A stretch of DNA of 64,000 nt from an uncultured Flavobacteriaceae bacterium. GTDB taxonomy: Bacteria; Bacteroidota; Bacteroidia; Flavobacteriales; Flavobacteriaceae. Below the pieces are notes generated by a model. The model worked only from the letters and a program-made list of their open reading frames with translations. It made no database searches and was not told the origin of the DNA. Each line of letters opens with the position of its first letter. The stretch's first letter is position 1. The position numbers and the translations under genes were made by a program. The stretch lies in the NCBI GenBank assembly GCA_965601625.1, contig CBFCWO010000006.1, forward strand, positions 2,101 to 66,100, written 5' to 3'. This document shows, piece after piece, positions 8,638 through 17,788 of the stretch.

Positions 8638-11415
8638 ATGATAAGAACCTTTCTGTGCGGCCTTTTTATCGCCTTAGGATATTTGGCTACGGCCCAGCAG
8701 CAGGAGGAGCGCGTTGATTTTGAATACGATGCACTCACGATTCCAGAGGTTCTTTCGAAGTTTTCAACTGCCCTCGGTTACGATGTATATTACCTGGATT
8801 CCTGGTTTACCCGGGATCGCAAATCAGGGAGTTATTCGGACATTACCCCTCAAGACCTCCTTTCAGCCATATTGCAGGACACCCCGGTAAGCCAATACCG
8901 ATATGGGCCAAGAACCTTTGTCCTGACGGCAAACAACCAGATTTATGACCGGTTGCCCGAAGGGTTCTTTGGCAAGCCTTCCGATGCTTCTGTGCCGAGA
9001 GGCGAAGTCACCTCACGCCCCGGTCCTCCGGCTCCCGTATTCGTAAACCAGCAAGAGCTGCAAAATACCGCGGAACTGGAGACCATCCGGATCGGCAGGC
9101 AGGATCTTACGAACCCGGCGAGCTCCTTCCTGCTTTCGGGCTATGTACGGGAACAGGCCACGGGTAGGCCGGTAGCAGACCTGGTGATCTATGAAAAGAA
9201 CAGGGGAATTGGCACGGCTACCGACATCAATGGCTATTACGAGCTGCGTCTCCCCCCCGGCGTCAACCTGTTGGAATCCAGATCCATTGGAAAGCAGGCC
9301 CGGCAGAAGCAGGTAATCCTGTACAATGACGGTACCCTGGACTGGTTGGTTGAGGAAGGGGTGGAACAATTGGAAGAGGTCGTGGTCGAGGCTCAGCAAG
9401 ACCGGAATGTGGAAGAAGTCATCATGGGCACCCAGATCATCGATGCCGAAGAGAGCAAAGACATTCCCCTGGTCCTGGGTGAGCGCAATATCCTGGATGT
9501 TGCAGCTACCTTGCCAGGTATCTCCAAGGCAGGAGAGGGAGCCCTGGGGCTGAACGTACGTGGTGGCAGGACAGACCAGAACATGTTCCTGCTCAACAAG
9601 GCCATCGTATACAATCCCACGCATTTTTTTGGGATCTTTCAGGCCCTGAATCCCTTTGTAACTGAACAGGTGGAGATCTACAAGGGGGTCATCCCTGTGG
9701 AATATGGAGGGAGGCTGTCTGCTGTTTTTGACATCAAAACCAAGGATGGCAGCACCGATGATCTAAAAGGGGAGGGGTCCATTGGTCCGGTAACAGCCAA
9801 TATGGCCCTGGAAATCCCTATCGCAAAGGATAGATCCTCCCTGGTGCTGGGCGGGCGGGTTGCCTACTCCGACTGGATATTGCGGGCCCTGGAGAATGAA
9901 GACCTCAATAGCAGCACCGCCTCATTTTACGATCTGATCGGAACCTACACCGATCGCCTCAATGAGAACAACAGGCTCAAAGCAACCGCGTATTACAGCA
10001 AAGATCGCTTTAGTATTACAGCAGATTCGACATTCCGATATTCCAACCGGGCCGCCTCCGTGGAGTGGGACCATCGCTTTAGCGAGCACAGCACAGGATC
10101 CTTTACCCTTTCAAACAGCCGGTATGCCTTTGATATTGGATATGAGGCCCAGTCGAATGCGAACTTTAACCTGGGGTATTCCGTGGAGGAAACGGAACTG
10201 CAGGGGGTGATCCGGCATCGCCTGAATGACCAGCACCGCCTGACCTATGGATTGGCAGGCAAGTATTACGGGGTACGTCCCGGTACGCTCGAACCCTTGG
10301 GTTCGGATTCGGATATTGTGCCTCAGGAACTTGCAAAGGAACAAGGCCTGGAAGGAGGGGTATTCCTCTCCGACGACTGGATGGTGACCGAACGACTGAG
10401 CCTGAGTGCAGGCCTGCGATTGTCTGTTTTTGCCGCCCTGGGCCCTTCGGAACAAAGGGAATACGCCCCGGACCAACCCCGTAACCCGGCAACCGTTATA
10501 GATACCCTGTCCTATGGAAGCGGGGAAGTGATCAAGACCTACGGTGGCCCGGAAGTCCGATTTTCCACCAGATATCTCCTTGGTCCGGAATTTTCCGTAA
10601 AGGCGGGTTTCAGCAACATGTACCAATACATCCATACCCTGACCAACACGACCTCCGTCTCCCCAATAGACACCTGGAAACTGAGCGATCTCAACATTCG
10701 CCCCCAAACCTCCCAGCAAGTCACCCTTGGGTTTTTCAAAAACCTGAATGAAGGCATGTATGAGGTCAGCCTGGAGGGATACTACAAATGGGCCCAGGAC
10801 GTGCTGGACTTTAAGACCGGGGCGCAGATCCTGCTCAACGATGCAATCGAGACCGAGGTTATTCAGGGAGATGGCAAGGCTTATGGAGTAGAGCTTTTAC
10901 TGAAGAAGACCATCGGAAGGCTCAATGGCTGGCTGGGGTATACGTATTCCCGTTCGCTGATCCGGTTTGACAGCCCGTTCCCTGAGGAACAGGTCAACAA
11001 TGGTGAATTCTTTCCATCCAACTACGACCAGCCGCATAACGTCAGCCTGGTAGCCAATTACAAATTCACCCAGCGCTACAGTGCTTCGCTGAATTTCTCA
11101 TACCAGACGGGCCGGCCGGTTACCTATCCGATAGGTCAGTTCAATTTCAACAATGCGGACTACGTGTTCTACAGCGACCGGAATTCCCAGCGTATCCCGG
11201 ACTATATTAGGCTGGACCTTGGGATCAATATAGAAGGGAATCACAAGAAGAATAAACTGGCCCACAGTTTCTGGACGATCTCCGTATACAATGTGCTGGG
11301 ACGGGCAAATCCCTATTCTCTCTTCTTTGTTACGGAAGACGGACAGGTTAAGGCCCTCCAAACCTCAATTTTTGCCATTCCCATTCCTTCCATAACCTAT
11401 AATTTCAAGTTTTGA
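8638..11415 (+). CDS. TonB-dependent receptor with an STN-like N-terminal extension and a CarboxypepD_reg-like domain
   Basis: Signal peptide, plug motifs 'LPGI...NVRGG..DQN' and 'GGRLSAV', and a barrel ending 'SITYNFKF'. Confidence 0.92.
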   Translation: MIRTFLCGLFIALGYLATAQQQEERVDFEYDALTIPEVLSKFSTALGYDVYYLDSWFTRDRKSGSYSDITPQDLLSAILQDTPVSQYRYGPRTFVLTANNQIYDRLPEGFFGKPSDASVPRGEVTSRPGPPAPVFVNQQELQNTAELETIRIGRQDLTNPASSFLLSGYVREQATGRPVADLVIYEKNRGIGTATDINGYYELRLPPGVNLLESRSIGKQARQKQVILYNDGTLDWLVEEGVEQLEEVVVEAQQDRNVEEVIMGTQIIDAEESKDIPLVLGERNILDVAATLPGISKAGEGALGLNVRGGRTDQNMFLLNKAIVYNPTHFFGIFQALNPFVTEQVEIYKGVIPVEYGGRLSAVFDIKTKDGSTDDLKGEGSIGPVTANMALEIPIAKDRSSLVLGGRVAYSDWILRALENEDLNSSTASFYDLIGTYTDRLNENNRLKATAYYSKDRFSITADSTFRYSNRAASVEWDHRFSEHSTGSFTLSNSRYAFDIGYEAQSNANFNLGYSVEETELQGVIRHRLNDQHRLTYGLAGKYYGVRPGTLEPLGSDSDIVPQELAKEQGLEGGVFLSDDWMVTERLSLSAGLRLSVFAALGPSEQREYAPDQPRNPATVIDTLSYGSGEVIKTYGGPEVRFSTRYLLGPEFSVKAGFSNMYQYIHTLTNTTSVSPIDTWKLSDLNIRPQTSQQVTLGFFKNLNEGMYEVSLEGYYKWAQDVLDFKTGAQILLNDAIETEVIQGDGKAYGVELLLKKTIGRLNGWLGYTYSRSLIRFDSPFPEEQVNNGEFFPSNYDQPHNVSLVANYKFTQRYSASLNFSYQTGRPVTYPIGQFNFNNADYVFYSDRNSQRIPDYIRLDLGINIEGNHKKNKLAHSFWTISVYNVLGRANPYSLFFVTEDGQVKALQTSIFAIPIPSITYNFKF

Positions 11416-11437
11416 ATCAGATGCCGAATATGCGATC

Positions 11438-12682
11438 ATGAAAAAAGTCTTCTACATAGCGATTTTGCTGCTTGGGATGGTTTCCTGTGTGGAAGAGGTA
11501 TTTATAGGAGAACAGGAAGCAGTGGATTTACTGGTGGTGGAAGCTACCCTCACAGATGAATTCAAAACACACCAGGTACGCCTAACCCGGAGTTTCGGTT
11601 TCGGAGCGGACTCCGTTCCACCTGAAACCCGGGCCCAGGTCTCTCTTGAATTAAACAGTGGCAGCACTATTGCTTTTACGCATTCAGGAGATGGAATCTA
11701 TACCTCGGACATGGCCTTCGCCGCGGAATCGGGGAACACCTATGAGCTGATCATCGGCACCCCTGATGGCACGATATACCGATCCACACCTGAGGAACTT
11801 CCGGGTACTGCTACTATTGACGATCTCTATGCTGTTCGGGAAAACAACGAGAATGGGACGGATGGGGTATTCATTTACGTGGACGGATCCCCCGAACAGG
11901 GCAGCGCAGATTTCTACCGGTATGAATACGAAGAGACCTATAAGATTATCGCACCATTCTGGACTCCCCAGGATTTTCTGCTGACCGACTACGATCCCTG
12001 TGCCTTGCCCACCATCACCTATAATCTGGAGATTGTGCCCCGAGAAGAAGAACAGCAGGTATGTTTTCAAACGGTTCCTTCCTCACGTGTCATTCAGAAT
12101 GATGTAACCACCCTTGCTTCCTCGCGAATTGAGCGATTTCCCATCCGGTTTCTGGGCGCGACAGATTTTATGATCAGTCATCGCTACAGCATTCTGGTGC
12201 GGCAGTACGTGCAATCACCTGCCGCTTTTTCCTATTTCCAGAGCCTTGAGAGTTTTTCCTCTTCAGAGAATGTATTCAACAGCGTTCAACCTGGGTTTTT
12301 GACCGGGAACATCCAGGCTACCGGAAATAGCGAGGCTCCGGTAATTGGCTATTTTGAAGTAGCGACGGTAAGCGAGCAACGACTGTTCTTTAATTTTGAG
12401 GAGGTCTTTCCGGATCTGGAAACGCCTCCCTATATTACCAATTGCAGGGTTACATCGGCCCTTCTCGAACATGCATCATATTGCTCTACGGATGGCCCAG
12501 GGGCAAATCCCTGCCCCATTTCCATAGTGGAACGTGTGAATGAGGGGTCGATAGCACTTTATTCTACCGACAACCAGGAAATGTTGGGGACCTGTCCCGG
12601 ACCCTATCAATTTGTAGAAAGGCCCTGTGGAGACTGCACGGAACTCGGAAGCAACGAAGTTCCCGGATTCTGGATTGAATGA
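11438..12682 (+). CDS. DUF4249-like lipoprotein, paralog 1
   Basis: Lipobox 'MVS-C17' followed by an acidic stretch, 'YRYEYEETY', 'RYSILVRQY', 'IGYFEVA' and C-terminal 'CGDCTELG...FW'. It lies directly after the TBDR. Confidence 0.8.
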   Translation: MKKVFYIAILLLGMVSCVEEVFIGEQEAVDLLVVEATLTDEFKTHQVRLTRSFGFGADSVPPETRAQVSLELNSGSTIAFTHSGDGIYTSDMAFAAESGNTYELIIGTPDGTIYRSTPEELPGTATIDDLYAVRENNENGTDGVFIYVDGSPEQGSADFYRYEYEETYKIIAPFWTPQDFLLTDYDPCALPTITYNLEIVPREEEQQVCFQTVPSSRVIQNDVTTLASSRIERFPIRFLGATDFMISHRYSILVRQYVQSPAAFSYFQSLESFSSSENVFNSVQPGFLTGNIQATGNSEAPVIGYFEVATVSEQRLFFNFEEVFPDLETPPYITNCRVTSALLEHASYCSTDGPGANPCPISIVERVNEGSIALYSTDNQEMLGTCPGPYQFVERPCGDCTELGSNEVPGFWIE

Positions 12683-13944
12683 AAACAAGGAAATTAGGCA
12701 TATTGTGGATCGCTTTTCTGGGGACCCATTCCTGTATAGAGGAGGTGGATATCAACACGGACCTGGAGCCTGCTGTGGCCCTGAAAGACATTCTCGTTGT
12801 GGAGGCTACGCTTACGGATCGGCTGGAATTTCAAAATGTGTTGCTTAGCAAGCCATCACCGTTGGGGGCCGATACCGTCCGCATTGAGGAACAAAACGCC
12901 AGGGTGGTGGTGCTGGAGGAAAGTTCCGGCGTTTCCCACACCTTTTCGGAGGCGGCACCGGGAACCTACCGATCAGATAAGGCCTTTGCAGCCAATTTAG
13001 GAGGTTCATATACCCTGAGGATCACCCTTTCAAACGGCAGGGAATACGAATCCAACAAGGAACAATTGCCGGGGACTTCTGTGATCGATGAAATCTATGC
13101 AGACCGCATCCTTTCCAGCACCGGTGTGGACGGGGTGGGGATTTTTGTGGACGGTTCATCCCCGGACGCTTCCTTCCGAAACTATAAGTACACCTATGAG
13201 GAAACCTACAAGATCATAGCTCCGAACTGGACACCTTTTGAGTTTGAAGTCCTGAATGACGGATCCGAGCCCGGGAGTGTGCCTGCCGTTCAATTGATCG
13301 AAAGGCCTCAGGAAGAACAGGTCTGTTACAATACGGTACGATCCAATGCGGTAATTCTTTCTGAAGGCACTAACCTTACCAACGGGCAATCCGTCGGAAA
13401 CCTGGTCCGCTTTACCAGCCGGGACAACCCCATCATTTCGCACCGGTACAGTATCCTGGTGCGCCAATACTTGCAGACCCCGGAGGCGCATAGTTTTTAC
13501 AGGAGTCTCAAGGACTTTTCTTCCAGCGACAATATATTCAACCAGGTCCAGCCCGGATTGCTTCAGGGAAACATCCGTCCTGTAGCAGGCGGCGATTCAT
13601 TTGTCCTGGGGTATTTTGAAGTGAGTTCGGTTTCGGAATCCCGGTTGTTTTTTGATTATGTCGACTTTTTTCCAGGGGACCCCCTGCCACCTTATTTTGA
13701 TGGGCTGAACTGTGAGCGTTTTATCGCCCCCTTGCTCGGCGACCCTGCGCGGGACGGGCCCGTACCCCCGAATGTCACCTGTGGTCAGGGACTTCTCGAC
13801 TTGCTTGCACTGGAAGAAATTGAATATTATTTAGAAAACGACCCTCCGGGTGAATGCCAGGGACCATATTTTGTGACATCCAGGGCGTGCGGGGATTGCA
13901 CGGCCTTGGGAAGCAATGAAGTACCTGAGTTTTGGACAGAATAA
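12679..13944 (+). CDS. DUF4249-like lipoprotein, paralog 2
   Basis: Lipobox 'THS-C19'. It is clearly paralogous to 11438..12682 (shared 'EETYKIIAP', 'SHRYSILVRQY', 'CGDCT.LGSNEVP.FW') and overlaps it by ATGA. Confidence 0.8.
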   Translation: MKTRKLGILWIAFLGTHSCIEEVDINTDLEPAVALKDILVVEATLTDRLEFQNVLLSKPSPLGADTVRIEEQNARVVVLEESSGVSHTFSEAAPGTYRSDKAFAANLGGSYTLRITLSNGREYESNKEQLPGTSVIDEIYADRILSSTGVDGVGIFVDGSSPDASFRNYKYTYEETYKIIAPNWTPFEFEVLNDGSEPGSVPAVQLIERPQEEQVCYNTVRSNAVILSEGTNLTNGQSVGNLVRFTSRDNPIISHRYSILVRQYLQTPEAHSFYRSLKDFSSSDNIFNQVQPGLLQGNIRPVAGGDSFVLGYFEVSSVSESRLFFDYVDFFPGDPLPPYFDGLNCERFIAPLLGDPARDGPVPPNVTCGQGLLDLLALEEIEYYLENDPPGECQGPYFVTSRACGDCTALGSNEVPEFWTE

Positions 13945-13951
13945 TTGATTT

Positions 13952-15727
13952 ATGAAATTTGTTTTTAAAGTAATATTGGCATGCGGTGTTTTACTAACTG
14001 GTTTTAGGGCAGACGGACAGGTCCGGATCACCAGTGAAGAGGAATTGGAGCTCCTCAGGGAGACTTCCATGGAGGCTGTGTATATGCACACCAACAGCCC
14101 CCTGTTCTTCCCGGGGGAGTATCTGTATTATAGCCTCTATTGCATTGATTTAAACAACTATCGCCTGAGCAACCTCAGCAAGGTGGCTTATGTGCAACTG
14201 ATCGATGAAAGCGGTCTGGTAGCTTTTACCCAAAAGGTTGGCCTGGACCGGGGAAAAGGGCAGGGGGACTACTTTTTTCCCACGGACCTGCCATCCGGCA
14301 ATTACAAGCTGGTAGGCTTTACCCACTGGATGAAGAATGCAGGGTCCGGACAGTACTTTATGGCCGATATCACCTTTATCAATCCCTACCGGGCAGACCA
14401 GAATGTGTTTCTGAACCCTGAAACATCCTCCTCCTGTGCAGGAACTCCCGATAGTGTGGGTGAACAAAATACCATTGACCAGGCCGGGGAAGTACTCACG
14501 TTTGAGCTTCAAAAGAACCTATACGAACTGGGGGAAGAAGTAGTGCTGCAATTGAAGAATTACAAGGGAGCCCTTGGGCGCGGCACCTATTCCCTTTCCG
14601 TTCGCAAGTCCGATGAATTGCCCCACGCCGGTCTGACCTCGGCAGAGGCTTATGCAGAGCGGTATGCTTCCCTGCAGAAAGGGGTCACCCTTGGAGTGAA
14701 CGACATCCTTTCCATCCCCGAACAGAGGGGTGCCCTTGTTTCAGGCAGGGTCTTTGACCGATCAGACAATACCCCTGTTTCGAATCAAACCCTGGCGATA
14801 TCCCTGCCAGGTGATGATTTCAGGGTAAAGAAGGCTTTGACGGATCAGGAAGGGAAATTTTACTCCTACATCACAAGGCCCTACTCAGGTGCATTTGGAG
14901 TAGCCGAACTCCTGCCCCCAAGGGACGCTTCTGTATCCATCTCCTGGTTTTCCCCCGAAAGTTGGGACGTGGAGGTCCCCTGCTTTTTTTCATTTGCCCT
15001 GGACAGCACCATGGCTGAACCCATAAGGCTGCGGAGCGTGCACAACCAGGTAGAAAACAGTTTTTTCGAAATTAAACCGGATTCCATTTTAAGCCCGGAC
15101 CTGGGTGACCCCTTCAAAGGAGATGTTCCGCTGGTCTATGAGCTGGATTCCTATACGCGATTCCCCACCTTGCGGGAGACCCTGGTTGAAGTGGTCAACC
15201 ATGTGGGGGTGCGAAGAAATGACAGCGGCGCGTATACGATGTGGGTGAACCCCACAACGGAAAGGCCCGGCAGTGCATACATGGAGGACCCTCCCCTGGT
15301 ACTGATCGATGGGATCCTGGTTCCGGAGCCCGAATCTATTATGGAATACGATGCCCGGAAAATCGCAAGGATCAAGGTGCTTCGTGAACCTTATCAACTG
15401 GGAGGGGTCGGCTATCAGGGTATGGTGGTGATCGAGACCATCGACCGCATCTATGCCTCTGAATGGGAATCTAATTTCGGTTCCAGGTTCGATTACCTTT
15501 CCCCACAGGCTGAAAAAAGATACTTTCGCCAGGGACAACCTTCTGCACATATCCCTGACTTTCGTTACCAGCTCCTGTGGGAACCCCGAATAGAACTCGG
15601 GGAGACCGGACAGACCTTTACGTTTTTCACCTCCAGGGTACCAGGGACCTATGAGATCCGACTGGAGGGTTTTACCTCTTACGGCAAGCCCGTTTCAATT
15701 AAAACAAATATTAAAGTAGTGGAGTAA
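13952..15727 (+). CDS. Secreted protein with an MG2/macroglobulin-like N-terminal domain and a TonB plug-like segment but no barrel
   Basis: Signal peptide, 'VYMHTNSPLFFPGEYLYY' (MG2-like), 'PLVLIDG...IARIKVLR' (plug-like) and C-terminal 'DFRYQLLWEP'. Confidence 0.65.
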   Translation: MKFVFKVILACGVLLTGFRADGQVRITSEEELELLRETSMEAVYMHTNSPLFFPGEYLYYSLYCIDLNNYRLSNLSKVAYVQLIDESGLVAFTQKVGLDRGKGQGDYFFPTDLPSGNYKLVGFTHWMKNAGSGQYFMADITFINPYRADQNVFLNPETSSSCAGTPDSVGEQNTIDQAGEVLTFELQKNLYELGEEVVLQLKNYKGALGRGTYSLSVRKSDELPHAGLTSAEAYAERYASLQKGVTLGVNDILSIPEQRGALVSGRVFDRSDNTPVSNQTLAISLPGDDFRVKKALTDQEGKFYSYITRPYSGAFGVAELLPPRDASVSISWFSPESWDVEVPCFFSFALDSTMAEPIRLRSVHNQVENSFFEIKPDSILSPDLGDPFKGDVPLVYELDSYTRFPTLRETLVEVVNHVGVRRNDSGAYTMWVNPTTERPGSAYMEDPPLVLIDGILVPEPESIMEYDARKIARIKVLREPYQLGGVGYQGMVVIETIDRIYASEWESNFGSRFDYLSPQAEKRYFRQGQPSAHIPDFRYQLLWEPRIELGETGQTFTFFTSRVPGTYEIRLEGFTSYGKPVSIKTNIKVVE

Positions 15728-15748
15728 GTTTAGCAGGGCAGAAATTCC

Positions 15749-17539
15749 TTAAATGCCTAAAATGCTTCCGTCTGGTTCCAAAGGCGGCAGATCCAGTTCT
15801 TCCAGCAACATAAGATACCGGGAATCTTGAAGCATCTCTGGGCTGGCAAAAAAGATACGCACCGTCCAGGCATACCAGGCGTGTTCTTTGGCTTTTTCAA
15901 GCCAATAAAAGGTCTGGTCCAGATTCCCGTCCTGGAAATGCATATTGGCCAGACACAGGGAAAAGAAAGGCGATTCCGGAAGGGATTCCACTTCTTTAAG
16001 GATCTCCAATCCTTCTTCACGATGCCCAAGTTCGAACAGTGCGGGACCATAGAAAATATATTTCCAGCCTTTGTTAATGCGCGCTGCTTCCCTGTAGGAC
16101 TCAAGCCCTTTCTCCTCCTGACCCAAACCAAGATAAGCCCTGGCACGAATAGCGGTGCTAAGCGCATGGTCGTCATGCATCTGTGAGGCAATATCTGCTT
16201 CTTTTATGGCGAGTTCGTACTGACCGTTCATGTTGTAAAGACCTCCCAGCCATACCGTATGAAGGGCAGAAAAAGGATCGAGTTCCTTGGCCCGTTTATG
16301 CTCCTCGATAGCTTCCTCCATACGTCCGAAAAGCACCAGGTACCATGAACGGTGGTAGTGATTATAGGCTAAATTGGGATTGAGGGAATTAGCCCGTTTA
16401 AAAGCGTATTCAGCCAGCTCCCAGTCCCATCCATAGTAGGTGTGATACTGCGACAGGGCTGCCCATGCATTGGCATTCATCGAGTCCAGTTGTATGGCCC
16501 TTTTGGCTGCAGCAAGTGCTTTTGGGAAAACGCCTTCAGGCGGAAACAGGGCGTTATGCCCCAGCGTAATATAACCTTCTGCAAGTCCGGCATATGCGTA
16601 AGCATCTGCAGGATTTTTGTCGACAGCTTCCTGGTAATACACCAAAGCCCTTTCCCAATCTTCCACCTTGGATTTGTTCAGATAATACTTACCCTTTAAA
16701 TACAATTCATAGGTTTCGGGTTGGACAGGGCGCAGACTCTTATCCAGGAGGGGATTTGTCTGCTCTTCCCCTATACCAAGGGTTTGAGAGATGTCCTGTG
16801 CGACTCTGCTCCATAGTAATGTAGCATTGGTTAAATCCTCCTCATAAGTCCTACTCCAGATAGCTGCCATATCTATTTCCCGGCTGATATTTAGTTGTAC
16901 TTTCAGGTTATAACCGTTTTTTTCATAGGTACCAAAAATAAAATAGTCAATATCCTTACTCACTTTTAGGTACAGGTCCGCTGTTGGAAGAATACCTGCT
17001 TCCAGGAATTGTGTGGAGGCCAGGCTAAGTACAGAGAATTCTTCCATCTGGGAGAGCTCTTGGATAAGCCCATCCGTAATCCCATAGGCAAAGTATTCTT
17101 CCTCGTTTTCAGCTACCTTGGGTTCCAGGGGGAGAACGGCTATCCGTTTCTCGCTCTCATAAGCACCCGGGCTTCCCCATTGGGACCCTGCCCAGAAGCT
17201 GCCCGCCAACAGAAGAAGGATTGCCGTTATCCCGGAGACGGCAATTACGGTGTTTAACCTGCGGGTGTTTGCCTGTCGCGTTTCCGTATTATCTTCCCAA
17301 TCGGGTGTTTTCCGCCACCCTTCCGGGGTCAGATCATAAACCCAGGCAAAACCGGTCCAGAAGATCAAACCAATGGCCAGAAGAAAAATAAGTCCCTTTA
17401 ATAAATACGGCGGGGCATCAAAGGTGGGCAATATGACCGAGGAGAATTCAATAAGGACCCAGGCTACCGCCAGGTAGGCCAAAACGGCCCTGAAGACATT
17501 GCGCCTTACCAGTTCCCGGTAAAGGTTTTTGAGCTTCAT
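15749..17539 (-). CDS. Membrane-anchored TolB-like + tetratricopeptide repeat protein
   Basis: N-terminal 'RELVRRNVFRAVLAYLAVAW' with about 3 TM helices, 'RIAVLP...YFAYGIT' (TolB-like), then TPRs such as 'AYELYLKG'-like 'TYELYLKG' and 'AIQLD'. Confidence 0.75.
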   Translation of the reverse strand: MKLKNLYRELVRRNVFRAVLAYLAVAWVLIEFSSVILPTFDAPPYLLKGLIFLLAIGLIFWTGFAWVYDLTPEGWRKTPDWEDNTETRQANTRRLNTVIAVSGITAILLLLAGSFWAGSQWGSPGAYESEKRIAVLPLEPKVAENEEEYFAYGITDGLIQELSQMEEFSVLSLASTQFLEAGILPTADLYLKVSKDIDYFIFGTYEKNGYNLKVQLNISREIDMAAIWSRTYEEDLTNATLLWSRVAQDISQTLGIGEEQTNPLLDKSLRPVQPETYELYLKGKYYLNKSKVEDWERALVYYQEAVDKNPADAYAYAGLAEGYITLGHNALFPPEGVFPKALAAAKRAIQLDSMNANAWAALSQYHTYYGWDWELAEYAFKRANSLNPNLAYNHYHRSWYLVLFGRMEEAIEEHKRAKELDPFSALHTVWLGGLYNMNGQYELAIKEADIASQMHDDHALSTAIRARAYLGLGQEEKGLESYREAARINKGWKYIFYGPALFELGHREEGLEILKEVESLPESPFFSLCLANMHFQDGNLDQTFYWLEKAKEHAWYAWTVRIFFASPEMLQDSRYLMLLEELDLPPLEPDGSILGI

Positions 17540-17788
17540 TTCCCTAAATTATCGGCGATTCGCCAATGCAGTACAAGGCGTATCCCTCTGATTACCAGTA
17601 TTAAATATAATGAATTAAAGTATGTTAAAACAGGATGGCTGGAAATGATGTGGGTCATTTGCGTTTTTGGAAGACCTCAAATGATATAGGAGTCTTCTTA
17701 AAATAAGAACGGTTTAACCGGTAGCCCTGCCCTGGAACTGCTGCAAGGATTCGGCGGAAACAGACCTTATTATGCCCATAAAGAAGCG

